A stretch of DNA of 64,000 nt, from assembly GCF_963921235.1 (NCBI RefSeq), contig NC_086108.1, positions 56,112,001-56,176,000 of the forward strand, read 5' to 3'. This DNA comes from Mobula hypostoma (lineage: Eukaryota). This document shows, one piece after another, positions 1 to 14,061 of the stretch. The notes under the pieces were generated by a model, which was not told where the DNA came from, made no database searches, and saw nothing but the letters and a program-made list of their open reading frames with translations. Both the position numbers and the translations under genes were made by a program. Numbering within the stretch: the stretch's first letter is position 1; the number at the start of each line of letters is the position of its first letter.

Positions 1-1098
1 CAAGGGGACCTTTTATTTTTAAACGGTGACCTTTGGTTTTACATTCTCTCATGAGAGGAAGAATCATCTCCACATCCACTGATTCAATTCCCCTCAGGAT
101 CTTATAGATCTCAATCAAACCTGCTCTCACACTCTTTTAAACTCCAGATGCATGTCTTATCTGTCCCATCTTTCCTTAGAAAGCACCCTGCTAAACTAAA
201 TTATTAATCAAGTAATCTTTATCTAAACTGCTTCCAGGCAATTATTGTCCATCCCTCATGTGCATGTGCCCCATGATTTGAAATGCCTTATCTATATACA
301 GTATTTCCAGCTCCAACTCTGATGTAAGAATACTTATCAATTACTGTTTTGTTATGCCCTCCTGCTTTCTTCTTTGGCTCACACAAAAGCTTTTCCTTAC
401 TCACTCAACAGTTTGTTCTGCTTATTAAACGAGGGAGAACAAAATGTATCGTAGAGAAGCAATTGGAACTGGAGAAGGCAAAAGATGCTTGTCCAAGTCC
501 CAGCTTGAGGCATTATGTCTCTTCACCTGATATCACTTCCAAAAGCAGCCTGCTTACTCAGGCTTCTTAACTTATTTGACAGCATTCTGCAGGCTACATA
601 TCTTGGCTGAGCCATGCCCAGTCCCAAAATACAATCAGCCTGGTATTCACTGATCGTGGCGGGGAAACAATTAACAGTAGCAGGCAGCAAGAATGGTGGA
701 AAAGCTTCTCAAAATGCAGCACATCCACTTCTTCCTGTCACCTGCTTGGCTTGAGAGGCAGTAGATAATCTCCAGACCCAGGCAGACACAATGCCTAGCC
801 AGCCTTTCACTGTCCATTGAAGTTGGTAAGCTGCCAACCACATTGAGATTTGGACTCCAACATTTTTTTTCTCTGGGCTAAATCTGGGCAGTGTCACCAG
901 TGCAGTCATTAGTTATCTTCCAAGATCTTCTAAAGTGGTCACAGTCATAGTACAGGACCCTGACACAAGTCAAACAACCTGAAGGCATGTAGAAAAGGGA
1001 CGCAGCATGTGTTATTGAGGAGAGGAAAGCAGCAGGACTGAATTAAAATTCATATTTGACTGTTTAGCTAATCTGTTATGTGTCATTTACAAAAATAA

Positions 1099-1116
1099 TC
1101 CTTAATGACATTTCAC
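1099..1116 (+). promoter_or_regulatory. Putative U12 (minor spliceosome) branch point and AC acceptor
   Basis: TCCTTAATgacatttcAC immediately precedes the point where SGIP1 homology starts, with no AG at that position. It resembles the U12 consensus TCCTTAAC about 10-12 nt from the 3' splice site. Confidence 0.75.
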
Positions 1117-1295
1117 CAACCAAAGAGAAACACTTTTACTCATCAAGTGAGTCTGAGTCAGAAGAAGACACACGTCGAAAATTTAACATTAAAATTCGGC
1201 CCCTCCCAGCTAAGGATGTTACTACATGTATGGCAGCATCAGTGGATGAGCTTAAAGCCTCCGTGGGAAACATTTCTCTCTCTCCTTCTCCAATG
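1117..1295 (+). CDS. SGIP1: SGIP1 internal exon ((S)[29 protein letters not shown]...[18 protein letters not shown])
   Basis: Translation matches recalled SGIP1 [43 protein letters not shown]. Donor ATG|GTAAGT at 1295/1296. The 5' boundary is inferred from the TCCTTAAT branch site (1099-1106) and AC (1115-1116). Confidence 0.93.
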
Positions 1296-1699
1296 GTAAG
1301 TACTTCAATTTGTTTCTGTCAGTCAGCCTATTGGGAATCTAAGAATTCATTCTCTGTATATATGTGTTAATTAAGTCCAGGAACAGCATTTTCATTACTG
1401 TAATTTGTTTTTGGCCTTTTTTTTGGCCTTTTTTTTGTTTCTATTTTCGTCTTCCAGTATCTGCAGTGTTTCAATATTATTACTGCCAGTTTTCTTGACC
1501 AAATCCATTTAAAACAGATTATCTGAGACTGTTGTGCAACAAATGTACCAAGGAATCACTTTAACAGAGCCATGGATTTTTTTTGCAGCTACAAGCTGCC
1601 CTCAGATCAGGGCAGAAATTATTTCTGTTGTACTACCTGCATCGTCCTACCACTAGAAATGAATTGGAAGTGTTAAGGATAGGAAAACTATTAATTTCA

Positions 1700-3700
1700 T
1701 TCAGTCAGAGTCATACAGTATTGAACCAGGCCCTTCAGCCCAAATGACCCCTGCTGATCAAGAATCCCCATCCAAGCTAGTCCCATTTTCCAGTGTTTGG
1801 CCAATCACCTTCGAAGCCTTTCCAATCTGTCTATCTGTCTAATCGTCTTTTAAAAGTTGTTGTTGTATGTGATTCAACCACTTCTTCCTGGCAGCTCATT
1901 CCACACAGATGCTACCTTTTGTTTAATCAAAGTTGCCCCTCAAATTCTCATTAAATCTTTCCCCTCTCATCTTAAACCTATGCCCTCTAGTTCTTGATTC
2001 CCCAACTCTGGGTAAAAGATTGAGTGCATCCACTCTATTTATGCCCCTCGTGTTTTTGTACGCCTCTATAAGATCACCTCTCAATCTCCTACACTCTAAG
2101 GACTAAAGATTTTGTCCATCCAATCCCTCCCTATAACCCAGTCCCTCAAGTACAGGCAACATCCTTGTAAATCTTCCCTGCAAACATTCCAGTTTAATAA
2201 AATCTTTCCTTTAGCAGGCGACCAACCTGAACTCAATAATCCAAGTGTGGCTTCAGCAACATCCTGTACAGCCATATCATCACCTCCCAACTTTCCTACT
2301 CATTGCCCTGACAAAACCCCCTTCACCACCCTGTCTACCCATGATTCCACTTTCAGTGAAATATATACTTATACTTCAAGGTCCATTTCTCCACAATACT
2401 TCCCAGTGCCCTGCCATTCACTGTGAACCTGGATTTGACTTTCCAAGATGCAGAACTTTGCACTTAGCTAAATTGAACTCCATTTACCATTCCTGAGCCC
2501 ACTTACTCAGCTGATCAAGATCCCCCTGTAATTATTGATAATGCCCCTCATTGTCCACTATATCTGGTGATATCTTCATGACCATGCCATATACAGTACA
2601 TTCCTATCCAAACTGTTGATATAGTTGACAAACAACAATAGGCTCAGCTCTGACCCCAGAGGCACATCTCTTGTCTTGGTCTCCAGTCCAAGAAATAACT
2701 TTTCACCATCACACTCTGTCTTCTGCCATCAATTCAATTGTGCATCCAATTAGCCAGCTCTCCTTGGATTCTGTGTGATCCAACCTTCGATACCAGCATA
2801 CCATGTGGAACTTTATCAAAGGTCTTGCTGATCTCCATATAAACCATGTTAACCACCTTGTCCTCATCAACCTTCTTGGTCACATCATCAAAAAACACAA
2901 TCAATTTCAAAAGATATGATCTAACTCCTGTCTTTCCAAATGTACATATGCCTTATCCCGCAGAGTCTTCTCCAGAAAATTATCGAGTATAGATGTTAGA
3001 CTTACTGATCTGTAGTTCCATGGTTTTTCTTTGTCACGCTTCTTAAATAAAGGCACAACATTCATTACCTTCCAGTCTTCCAGCACCTCACATGTGGCTA
3101 ATAATGATGCAAATATTTCAGCCAGGGATTCCGTGATTTCTTCTCTAACCTCCCACTTTTCATGGATAAACTGATACTTTCTACAATATCCAGCACGATA
3201 TGCAGACTAATCCCAAGACTTCCCCATTTACTTTTCTTAGTTCTGAAGTCTTCATATCTTTCTTCATGGTAAAAATAGAACCTTGCCCATTTCCTGAAGC
3301 TCCACAAATATGTCCCTTTGGCTTTTGAGGGTCCCTCTTCTCTCTCTAGTTACTCTCCTTCCCTTAAAGTACCTATAAAATCTTTGGTTTGGCCTTATTC
3401 TCCTCTGCCAAAGTTATATCCCTTTTCCTTCCTGAGTCCACCCTTGAATTTCCTATACTTCTCCAGCTTGATCCCAATAGCCTGTAACTGACCGATGCAT
3501 CCTTTTTCCTCGATAACCCTCAAGATCCAGGTTTCCCTACTCCTACCAGCCTGTCTTTCACTCCAGCAGGAACATGCAGACCTTCGGCTCTCACTCTCTC
3601 TTCTTTAAAATACTCCTATTTGCCCACAAACAACCTCCTCCAATCAACCTTTGAAATCTGTTGTATCATAATAGCAACATTAGTCTTGCTCTAATTGGAA
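1700..3700 (-). mobile_element. Degenerate CR1-type LINE (3' end and ORF2 RT remnants)
   Basis: Resembles the better-preserved CR1 copies at 16182-22147 and 39807-40965 (e.g. ccatgtggaactttatcaaagg = FDKVPH). Many stops; boundaries approximate. Confidence 0.7.
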
Positions 3701-3984
3701 ACTGAATAAGACCATAAGACATAGGAGCAGAACAAGGCCATTCAGCCCAACAATTTTCTCTGCCATTCAATGATGCTGATTTATTTTCCCTCTCAACCCC
3801 ACAGAACTGTGAGCACTAGTGTCAAATGCTTCCCACTGTCATTTCAGTCACTTACCATACCCTATCACCTAAGAGTAGTTGAGCTTTACCTTCTCTACAA
3901 TAGGGATCCTCTGCTTATTGCCAAAGGAAACTTTCATGATGTACTCAAATTCCACCCTCCCCGCCATCCAAGCCCTTAACAGTA

Positions 3985-4310
3985 TGACTGTATGAGAGTC
4001 TAGGACCAGAGGACCCAACCTCAGAAAATACAAAGACATCCTTTAGAACTGAGATTAGGAGGAAATTCTTTTGCCAGAGCGTAGTAAATCTCTGATCTTC
4101 ATTGCCACAGCTGGCTATGGAGGCCAAGTCTTTGGGTATATTTAAAGTGGAGGTTGATAAGTTTTTGCTTAGTCAGGGCATCAAAAGTTATGGGCGGTAG
4201 GCAAGAGAATCGGGTTGAGATGAAAAGTAAATCAGTTATGATCAAATGGCAGAGCAGACTCGATGGAACCAAATGGTCTAATTCTTCTCCTATACCTTAT
4301 AGTCTTATGG
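3985..4310 (+). mobile_element. CR1 3'-end fragment, with an oppositely oriented CR1 tail at about 3706-3800
   Basis: RRKFFCQSVVNL-like C-terminus ending in cttatagtcttatgg. A reverse tail ataagaccataagac lies at 3706. Confidence 0.65.
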
Positions 4311-4975
4311 CAGTCCCTGTCCATATTAGAAAAGGTAAAAACCCCTACTATGATAACCATACTATTCTTCTAATTCTGCACAATCCTCTTGTATTTTTGC
4401 TCTTCCAATTCCTATCGGCTATTTGGGGGTCAATAGTGCAATCTCAATAATGTGATCATCCCTTTCGTATTTCCCCAGTCCACCCATAAAGCCTCACTGG
4501 ATGCTCCTTCAGTAATTTCTTTTCTGACTACTGTTATGACATTCTCTTTAATCAAAAGTGCAATTCTCTTTCCTCATTTTCCTCATAATGCATCTGTACA
4601 CTGGAACACTAAGCTGCTAGTCCCATTGCTCCCTTAGTCATGTTTCAGTAATGGCTACAACATCTTAGTCCCACACAGCTGTCCAAGCCCTAGTTTCATC
4701 CATATTACCTGTCAGTTCTCTTGCATTGAAACAGATGCAACTTAATCCAATGGGCTTTCCTCCCTTCCTGCCATTCTCCTTACATGACGCCTTCTCTGTC
4801 ATATGCAGACTGGAAAGTTATGCACTTTTTTTCATCTCATATAAATGGTAGCAACATTTCTATTCAAATTCTGTAAAATATTTTAGTGGAAAGTTTACAT
4901 TGAGATCTCATGCAGTTAACTCCACGGTATTCTGCCTTGAACAAAATTGGAGTAGTGGAGGTGAAATTGTTCTTT

Positions 4976-5199
4976 CTTTCTTTCGTTTTAAATCTTTTTA
5001 TTGAATTAGTACACAAAAGGTAAACCATATAGGCACTGATACACTGTTGCAATATAACTTTACAAGAGATATTAATACACAAAAAGAAGTTAATACTAAC
5101 AGTGCAGTTTAGATATAAAATAACAAGGTAATATAATAGTATACTATTTTTCATATGTCAATAAGGAAAGAAAAAAAACCCCAAAAAAACCAACAAAAA
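4976..5199 (-). mobile_element. L1-clade 3'UTR-only insertion with 12-bp TSD
   Basis: Homologous to the 3' end of the L1 at 17028-17260. TSD aaattgttcttt at 4964-4975 and 5200-5211. AATAAA followed by a (GAAA)n tail on the - strand. Confidence 0.85.
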
Positions 5200-5452
5200 A
5201 AATTGTTCTTTAGCAACAGCTACAAACAATTTTTACACCTGTCTTTCTTTCTGTAACTTTATGATATTATCTTTGTGATAATGCTAAGGAAGAGTGTTTC
5301 TTAGATTGTTTCACATTATAGTTTGGAGTTAATCTTTAAAAGTTAGCAATGCATTTGAGACAGCCAGTCCAAAGAACCTGTTTGATGTTGCCATTATTTT
5401 AAAGGGAGAGCTCTCATCTGGATTTAAACAAAAAGCTGGCTGCATCAAATGA

Positions 5453-5497
5453 GAGGATGTTGACCTTGGTTGGGAGGATGTTGACCTTGGTTGGGAG
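5453..5497. repeat. 21-bp tandem duplication (gaggatgttgaccttggttgg x2)
   Basis: Direct inspection. Confidence 0.9.
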
Positions 5498-5859
5498 CTG
5501 GCATGGAAAGCTTTAGCTTTGCTATTCACAATGAATGAACCTCTAATGATACCACAGAGACCCACTAAGTTCAATTCTTACTGCACAAGCTATCTGCATA
5601 AAAATGACAATTTGGATCTTACAAATGATATGGATTTAACATTCCTTCCTAAAGTTTATGGAAGTGAGAGAATACCATGAGCAGTCAATAGCAGGGTCAA
5701 TTATGTATGAAACATTCAGCTACCTGCTTCTAATCCCCATCATTACAGAAAGTTACAATCAAACCTGCTGAGAAGATAACAACAGCATGTGACAAAATAG
5801 AGACTCAGATGAAAAATAAGTGACATTGTAGAGTAAGGCATTAAAAGGCAAAACAGAGT

Positions 5860-7960
5860 CATGCACAAAATGCTGGAGGAACTGAGCAGGCCCAGCAGCA
5901 TCCATGGAAAAAAGCACAGTCAATGTTTCAGGCTGAGACCCTTTGAAAGGTGGGGGGAGGGGAGACAGAAACACCAGGCGATCGGTGAAACTTGGACGGG
6001 GAGGGGTGAAGGAAAGAGTTAGGAAGTTGATTGGTGAAAGAGATAGAAGGCCATGGAAGAAAAGAAAATGAAGGAAGTGGGGGAAGAGGAGGAGAACCAG
6101 AGGGAGGCAATGGCGGGCAAGGAGACAACACAAGAGAGGGAAAAGGAGATAGGAAATGGTGAAGGGGTGAAAGGCATTACTGGAAGTTTGAGAAATCTTT
6201 GTTCATGCCACCAGGTTGGAGACTATAAAAACGGAATATAAGGTGTTGTTCCTCCAACTTAAGTGTGGCCTTAGCACAACAGTGGAGGAGGCTATGGATA
6301 GATATATCAGAATGGGAATGGGAAGTGGACCTAAAATAGGTAGCCACTGGGAGATCCCACTTGTTCTGGCAGACAGAGCGTAGATGCTTGATGAAGTGGT
6401 CTCCCAATCTACGTTGGGTTTCACCAATGTACAAGACGCCACATTGGGAGCACCAAACACAGTCTATGACCCCAACAGACTCACAGGTGAAGAGTTGCCT
6501 CACCTGCAAGGATTGATTGGGGCCCTGAATGGTAGTGATGGAGGAAGTGTAGGGGCATGTGTAGCACTTGTTCCGCTTACAAGGATAAGTGCCAGGAAGG
6601 AAGGAAATCAGTGGGGAGGGACGAATGGACAATTGGCTGAAATTTCAGAGAATTATGTGCTGGACGTGGAGGCTGGTGGGGTGGTAAGTGAGGACAAGAG
6701 GAACCCTATCCCTGGTAGGGTGGCAGGAGGATGGTATAAGAGCAGACGTGCATAAAACGGAAGAGATGCAGTTGAGGGCAGCGTTGATGGTGGAGGAAGG
6801 GAAGCCCCTTTCTTTGAAAAAGGAGGTTATCTGCTACATTCTAAAATGAAAAACCTCATTCTGAGAGCAGATGCGGCAGAGGCAGAGGATTTGAGAAAGG
6901 AAGCAGCGTTTTTACAAGTGTCAGGGTGGGACAAGGTATAATCCAGTAGCCTTGAGAGTCTGGTGGTTTATAATAGATATCGGTGGATAAGCTGTCTCTG
7001 GAGATAGAGACAGTGAGATTGAGAAAGGGAAGGGAAGTGTCAGAAATGGACCAGGTGAATTTGAGGGGAGGGTGGAAGTTGGAGGCAAAGTGGATGAAAT
7101 CGATGAGTTCAGCATGGGTTCAGGAAGCAGACCAATACAGTCGTCGATGTAGCATAGGAAAAATGCAGTCGCCAGTGTAGGCTTAGGACATAAGCTCTTC
7201 CACGTAGCTGACAAATAGGCAGGCATATATGGGACCCATGCAAGTGCCCATGGCTACCCATTTTGTTTGAAGGAAGTGGGAGGAGCCAAAGAATAAATTA
7301 TTTAGAGTGAGGACAAGTTCTGCTAAGCAAAGGAGAGGGTGACGGAGGGAAAATGGTTGGGTCTGGTGTCCCAAAAGAAACGGAGAGCTTTGAGGCCTTC
7401 CTTGTGGGAGATGGAGGTGTATAGGGACTGGATATCCATTGTAAAAATAAGATGATGCCAGGGAATCTGAAATCCTTGAAAGGATCAAGAGTGTGTGAGG
7501 TGTCACGGATGTAGATAGGAAAAGACTGAACCGGGGAGATAAAACAGAGTCGAGGTATGCAGATCTGAGTTCACTGGAGCAGGAACAAGCTGAACAAGTT
7601 GGGTCTGCCTGGACAAGCGGGTTTGTGGATCTTGGGTAGGAGATAGAAACGGAAGGTGCAGGATGCGGGAACTGTGAGGTTGGTGCTGGTGGATGGGAGA
7701 TCCCCAGAGTCAATAAGGTTGGTGATGGTGTGGGAAACAATGGCCTGGTGTTCCTTAGTGGGGTCCTGTTCAAGGGGTAAGTAAGAGGAGGTGTCTGAGA
7801 GTTGGCACTGGGCCTCAGAAAGGTAGAGGCCAGCCTACTACAGCACCTCCCTTAACTGTGGGTTTGATGGTGAGGTTAGGATTAGTGCAGAGAGAGTGGA
7901 GAGCCAAGCGTTCGGAATGAGTGAGGTTGGAATAGGAGAGAGGAGTGTTAAAGTCTAGAC
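5860..7960 (-). mobile_element. Penelope-like element, 5'-truncated and frameshifted (RT + GIY-YIG)
   Basis: ORF pieces VAMGTCMGP, YIDDCIG and VIDCVWCSQCGVLYIGETQRRLGDH. The terminus cacaaaatgctggaggaa is shared with the other PLE copies. Confidence 0.9.
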
Positions 7961-9749
7961 ACAAGCCTGCTCCACCTTTCAGTAAAATCCTGACTAATCC
8001 TTTGCACCAACCAATCCTCTACTTCCAAAAATTCTTTGCCCAAAAACTGTAGATTTCACCCTGGAATTCACCCAGTAACTGAACATACACAGGTTGAAAA
8101 TAGCGAAGATTTTCATACTCTGCATGTAAGTATTCATGTCCTCTCTTCTCTATTGAACCTGTAGATCTGCATCTATCCTCAAGCACTCTATTGTGTAACA
8201 TTTCTTTCTGCTAAGTGTTGCAGTGGCAACATGATTCCCATTGTATTGTTTTGTTTATAGAACAGCTTTTCTCAAAGGAAGTATTATAGCCTGCCCTGGG
8301 TATAGTATTAGATAAAAAAAGCCTGTTGCTTTGAACAAAGTTTCCCAGTAACATAAGTACCCATTATTGTCTTCAGAAGACATGTTACATGATGTGGATA
8401 TGGGGTAAATACAGGTTTCTGGAAAGAGTTATAGATACAATATAACTTTATGCTGGCATATTTATATCGCATTATATAGCTGCAATCAGATCTGTTCCTT
8501 TTAAGTTAGAGGATTCATGTTACAATTTTCCACTCTTTGTTTATCTGCAAAATCATAGAGAAAATGGTGCTTGTGACAAAGCTTGTCATTTATATTCCTC
8601 ATAAATTCGTACACTGATTCCTTGAGTAAGGATCAGAAATTGATTTGCCCATATGTTGGATGACTTGTGTTTCCCTTGGTTATTCAAAATTATCTTTCTC
8701 TATCATATTTAAAAAGCAAACACAATGGCTGAGGTGGATCTCAAAGTTAGCTTCAAATCGCATAATTTTATTGTAAAAGGAAAACTAATAAAGAATTTTA
8801 AATGGAAACTAATTTAAAAATAAATCTGTATATACAATTTATTCATTTCAAAGAACTAATACATTGATGCAGCTCTGTGATTAAGTTTTTGAGTACCTCA
8901 GAAATTGTTTCATTACCTGGAATAATGAGAAGGCAGACAAGGACTTACTTAACTACCTGATTCCCAGAAAAAGATATATACTCTATATCTACCAGAGAGC
9001 AATGTACAGCTGCAAATATATTTTATACAAATCTTCAGAACATTCAGTATAAGTCGTCTTTATCATTCTTTGACTGAGTTAACTAGTTATTTGAGATCTT
9101 AAACCATCTTAATTTGTATTTTTCATTTGCTAAAGGGATTATAATTTACAAGCAATGATAATGATTATTTAGTATTAAGACAGGTATAAGCCCAGGTCTG
9201 AATAAGGAATGTATATCAGTGCCTTCTTAATTTGACAATGTTTACTCATACGGAATATCAGATAAATGATTAAATCCAGACATATAGCCAAATGATAATG
9301 GTCCACTAATTAAATCATTTTGCTGGAAATGATATTTTTCAAACTTGTTTTGAATAGATGGATGACATACAAAGGAGTGTTTCATTTGTCATGTTTAAAG
9401 TAATGTATTGAGATGTATTAACTATAAGTGGATTAACAAAGGGCTTAGACCAAGGTGCAGAATGGACATATCTCTAAGATTCCAGAAAACTTTTCTTTCG
9501 TGAACCTTTTAAATAAACAAATATAAATTAACCTTATTATGTTTGACAAAATATTACTTCACAATTATGTCACGTACATTGATGCAATCTTTCATGGTTT
9601 TCATCATATTTGCAAATAGATTGTCAGATCTTTCTTGAGAAAGCACAACCTGTTATTTGTGTTTTTTCATTGCTCCAATGTAAAAACAATTTGTAAGACA
9701 AAATCTGCCATAATTATTTTATTTTTCTAATAAATGCTTCAATTTTTAG

Positions 9750-9761
9750 AGGAGAAGTCCG
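9750..9761 (+). CDS. SGIP1: SGIP1 12-nt microexon 1 (RRSP)
   Basis: tttttAG|AGGAGAAGTCCG|GTAAGA, phase 0/0. Corresponds to the first half of recalled SGIP1 RKSPRRSP. TGC at 9735-9737. Confidence 0.85.
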
Positions 9762-9994
9762 GTAAGAGCAATTTTCCTCATTTCTAAGTAAAATGCAGGA
9801 TAGATGCTCTTTAACTTCATATCCATTCTCTTTTATGGATAATTTTCAGAGTTCTTGATGAAATAATGATATGAATAGAGATTCTTAACGGTTCCTTGAA
9901 TATTCATTACCAAGTTCCCTCATGATCATGTACCAAAGAATCAATGCACATTACACTGGTATATTATAATGCTGTGAGTGAGTATTAAAAATCA

Positions 9995-10380
9995 AACTGC
10001 CGGAGGAACTCAACCGGTCAGGCAGCATCTGTGGAGGGCAGAAGGATAGTCAATGTTTCGGGTCAAGACTCTGCATCAAGACTGAGGATATGGAGGCGAG
10101 ATGGCGAGTATAAAGGGGGTGAGAGGGAGGGGTGTGGCAGATGATATGTTGACTCTAGTGTGGAAAGAGAAAACGAATCGAATCAAGAAGCTACAGATGC
10201 CGGATCCAACAGCTATAGTCTCTTGTTTCTAATAATCACCTTGTAGCCTCCGTCCCAACCTCCACCCCTGGTTCCATCTGCACCCTCTTTGTTTTCTTTC
10301 CTTATCTGTCTCTAACCTGTCACCCATCAGCCACTGTCTTCTGACTCTCCCCCCCCATTCCATCTTGCCCCCTCGTCTGG
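9995..10380. mobile_element. Degenerate PLE terminal fragments (reverse arm with decayed hammerhead, then a pyrimidine-rich forward remnant)
   Basis: ggaggaactcaaccggtcaggcagcatctgtgg...gtcaatgtttcgggtcaagactctgcatcaagactga matches the PLE end. Confidence 0.6.
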
Positions 10381-12899
10381 AAGTTCCCAGTAACTGATGG
10401 ATGGATTCTCACCAAAACCATGTGACAATGTTACAAAGTAAGTACTACCCTTATGTAGAATCTGAACTCACCTAGATTTCGCCTTTTTGTTTCCTGGACA
10501 AAAATCATTATGATCGTTGGGTACTCTCTTGCAATAACTGTTTTGAAAACGTATGGGGTCACCACCAGCTTATGTTGGTCTGCATCCTGCATTTGCTATC
10601 CCGCAACCAACAGTTGCACGTATTCCATGATGTTTCAGGCACCTGTCCACTTGATAGACACCAGACCCAGGACAGATCGAGGGGGTCTAAAGGAGTTAAA
10701 TGTTCAATGAATCCGAAACCCTGAACTTTCTGTATTTGCTCCCCGGCTGCTACAATGAGCCACCTCTCCTTCTATATGCATTAATTAACAAGTTCTCACA
10801 TTATAGTGTTTATCCTGTAACTGGCATTTTCACTTGACATCTACTGATTTTTTTTTTGACACATTTAATTTCCTGCAAGAAATGTTGAGAATAGCTATTT
10901 TAGGCATTTTAAAATATTGGGGCAGTTTGTTCTGGAGCTGTTCCGCTGCACCCACCTTGTCCTGCTTCACAGTGGTGAGACAGAGTGGCTTCTGTATCGG
11001 TTACAAATATCAATTATCAATTCCCTGTCCCAGAATAATTAGGCAGCTGTCATTATCAAAATCCTTTGAACTGTTTCATTTTAAATATTTCTGACAGTCA
11101 AAGTCACTTAAAATCAGCCCAGATCGATTTGAGTAATTTAAAAAATGGCAAATATTTAAAGGAACAAGGCCTGTGACCCTGTTACTATGGGTTTGTGAAT
11201 TGTACACCGGCCATGACTGGCATGAAGTAACAGAACCAAATGCCTCAGCAGGTCCATGCTTTGCATCTGGATGATGGTGAGCCCAGTGTGGAGCTGGAGG
11301 TCAGATGTATCGGGATCTGATCTCCAGCTTGTCTCAGATAGGCACATAGCCAAGAGTAGTGGGGTATGTCCAATGCAAGCTGAGTTACCAGCAGAAGCCA
11401 TACAATGGTTGAGCAAAAGGTAAGCACAATCTAGCCCAATGACTAAAATAGGGAAGCAACTTTTATTGCATCCTTTGATCCATCCCAGCAAAAGGACTTG
11501 TGTTGCTGTTTTGATGCTTTGCAGAAACTCAGCACATGTCATGTAAGCAGGCAACTTTTAGCTACTGTCCTCTGGGAATGGAGAAAACTTTGACCTTCAA
11601 ATATAATCTTGTTTTCCCCAATCTATCAAACTAAAATGATTTATTAACAAAAACATAATCAATTCTTTTAATGTTTGTTTTATTATTTATCCATAAAATC
11701 CCTCTGAAGATAATATTTCTCCAAAATGAAAAGGCCTATTTTATAAGCTTATCTGAACAGGTTGACAATGCCACATTGTAATAGTTGCCATAAAGCTGCA
11801 CTCTTTGCAGTCCAGGCAGTCGATCCCAGAGAACCTGCCCTGAAACGTTTTACGTCACCTAAATTGTGACATTGAAGCAACTGCACAACCTGCCATTTCA
11901 GGCTGCTACCGCAGTGGGTCACATCTTCCAAGCCTTCGACCCATGTCCTAATCCCAAGGACGCAAGTCACCCTCTCAGAACTGCCCAATTAATTCAGAGT
12001 AAATAATACTTTTTCATAATTTCACAATTCAGCCAAAAAAGACAGTGGCTAGAGTTTGAGGAATGAATCATAGTGGATTTTTTGTCCTGTGCATGAAAGG
12101 GGTGTGGTGTTAGTGTCTATTGTGTTGATAACAGGTGCCTTATTTGAGTGTGTTGGGTGAAAAGAGGGAAGGTCTCTGACAGACAAAATGCAGCATAAGA
12201 CGTAACCTTCCTGTAGTGTAGAACCATTTCCTACATTGAATCCAGGTCCTGGGGGTAATGAAGCTGCAGCTGCCCTTTCCTACCATCACTCTTCCAGCTG
12301 CCTGTATCTTCAGATTTTCCTTTCCATTCATAGCAAAAGGAATACTCTCAACTGGCTAACCTCCAACATTTAAATAGATTAAAAATTTAACTCAAATCAA
12401 CTTAATTAATTAAATATATAAAATTTAATAAATAATATAACTTATCAAATATAATTTATCTATATCTATCTGTCTATGTACATATTTCAAATACTGTGCA
12501 TGAACATCTCCCTATCTCCCTGTTCCTCTCTGCTGAAATGAAGAGAGTTGCTGAACGTAGGGCAATTGCAACTTTGCTGCAAGTCAGAGGGCCAATGTCC
12601 ATGAGGACATGAGGAGTCCAGCGAAGGTTCTGCAGTGGAATTATAGAAGTGAGGACCTCTGAGAAAGTTTAGAGTTTCTTGTGGAGGACTCTGGGAACGA
12701 ATCTTCAGAAAGGGTTTCTTTTGTAAAGGGCACTGGTACAATGGTAAGATTGGTAACCTACCATTTTTAGAGAGATTTTAGATGAAGAATGGTTCCTCAA
12801 GCGGGACCGTGTCTCTGGCTAACTCTAATGCACAAACCATTGCTTCCTGTACAATGAGGGACAAGGAAAAACACTGAAGGAAGCTGCATGTAAGAAAAA

Positions 12900-12998
12900 C
12901 AGTCCTGATGAAGGGTCTCGAGCTGAAGCATTGACTGTTTATTTCCCTCCTTAAATACTGTTTGACCTGTTGAGTTCCTCCAGCATTCTGTGTGTGTA
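12900..12998 (+). mobile_element. PLE 3'-terminal fragment beginning at a decayed hammerhead
   Basis: agtcCTGATGAagggtctcgagctGAAGcattgact...cctccagcattctgtgtgtg. Confidence 0.8.
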
Positions 12999-14061
12999 GT
13001 AAAAAAAAACTGTAATGATAACTGCCTGTAAATATGCTATATTTAAAAAGCTGAATCTAAAATAGTAACTTCAGAATAGCAGAAGCAAGACAATAAAATT
13101 AGTGCTTATGAAAATAAGGTAATAGGTCACATCTATAATTTTATACATTTTAAACATTTGTTTTGTAATTGCAATCCATTTCAGGATACAATGAGCTATG
13201 CAGGGTAGATATTTTCCAACACATGATCATTTTTTGTCTGGTGATTTGATTTTCATTCTGCAAATTAACATCCTGTCACAGAATTTACATGTTATCATCA
13301 TATTGTAATTCAAGATGGTCCCACACCCCGTGAAAGACCAGATCAACATAACTTCCATATGAAGATAGGGTAGCACTTGTAAGATTTGGACCAAGTAATG
13401 CAGAATTTACATAAGTCATCTGGAATTTGTAAATAGGAAGTCAAACAGATAAATTTGCCATGTACTACTCTGAGGGCGGATCTTAATATATGTGGATCTC
13501 TCTATCCACATGAGGAACAAGCAGTGGCAAGTTTGCAAGAACATGACCATGATCTTCACTTTGGTACCTGAAGAACATCTATTTTCCCTGTTATATATTT
13601 TATTAGAATAGATGATCATGGTCATTAAAAATTCAGTTGCGCATATCAAAAGTTAACTTTTATTGATGTCTTTGATTTTTCTTTAATGTTGTCAGTGAAG
13701 AAACTGTCAGAACACAGGATGTTCCCCACCTGTTTTCTGTCCTCTATCTTGCTTCTGCATCTGTGAGAACCTCAGAGAAATCCAAAACTAGGAAGGCATA
13801 TGATAAATCCGAGATTGTGTGTTTACCCAGACTCGGCCGATGAACAATCAGGGCTAATTCCCCCCACCCCCCAGAACAAGGTTGCAGAGATTGTGGTTTA
13901 TTACCAATTAGCTCATCAAGAATGAGAGACCTTTCCTGTACTCTGATGACTGAGCTCATGCCTGTTCATTTTTGACAAATCTTTGATAATAAATGCTTTG
14001 TTCACAAATCTGTCACTCTCTGACCAGGTATCTGTTCTTTCTTCCTTTTTGCCGAACACAG

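Noticed and set aside
440..990. Possible old LINE remnants (also about 11170-11420, 14960-15330, 32830-33700 and 38970-39700)
   Set aside because: They look repeat-derived but are too decayed to classify without a library search.
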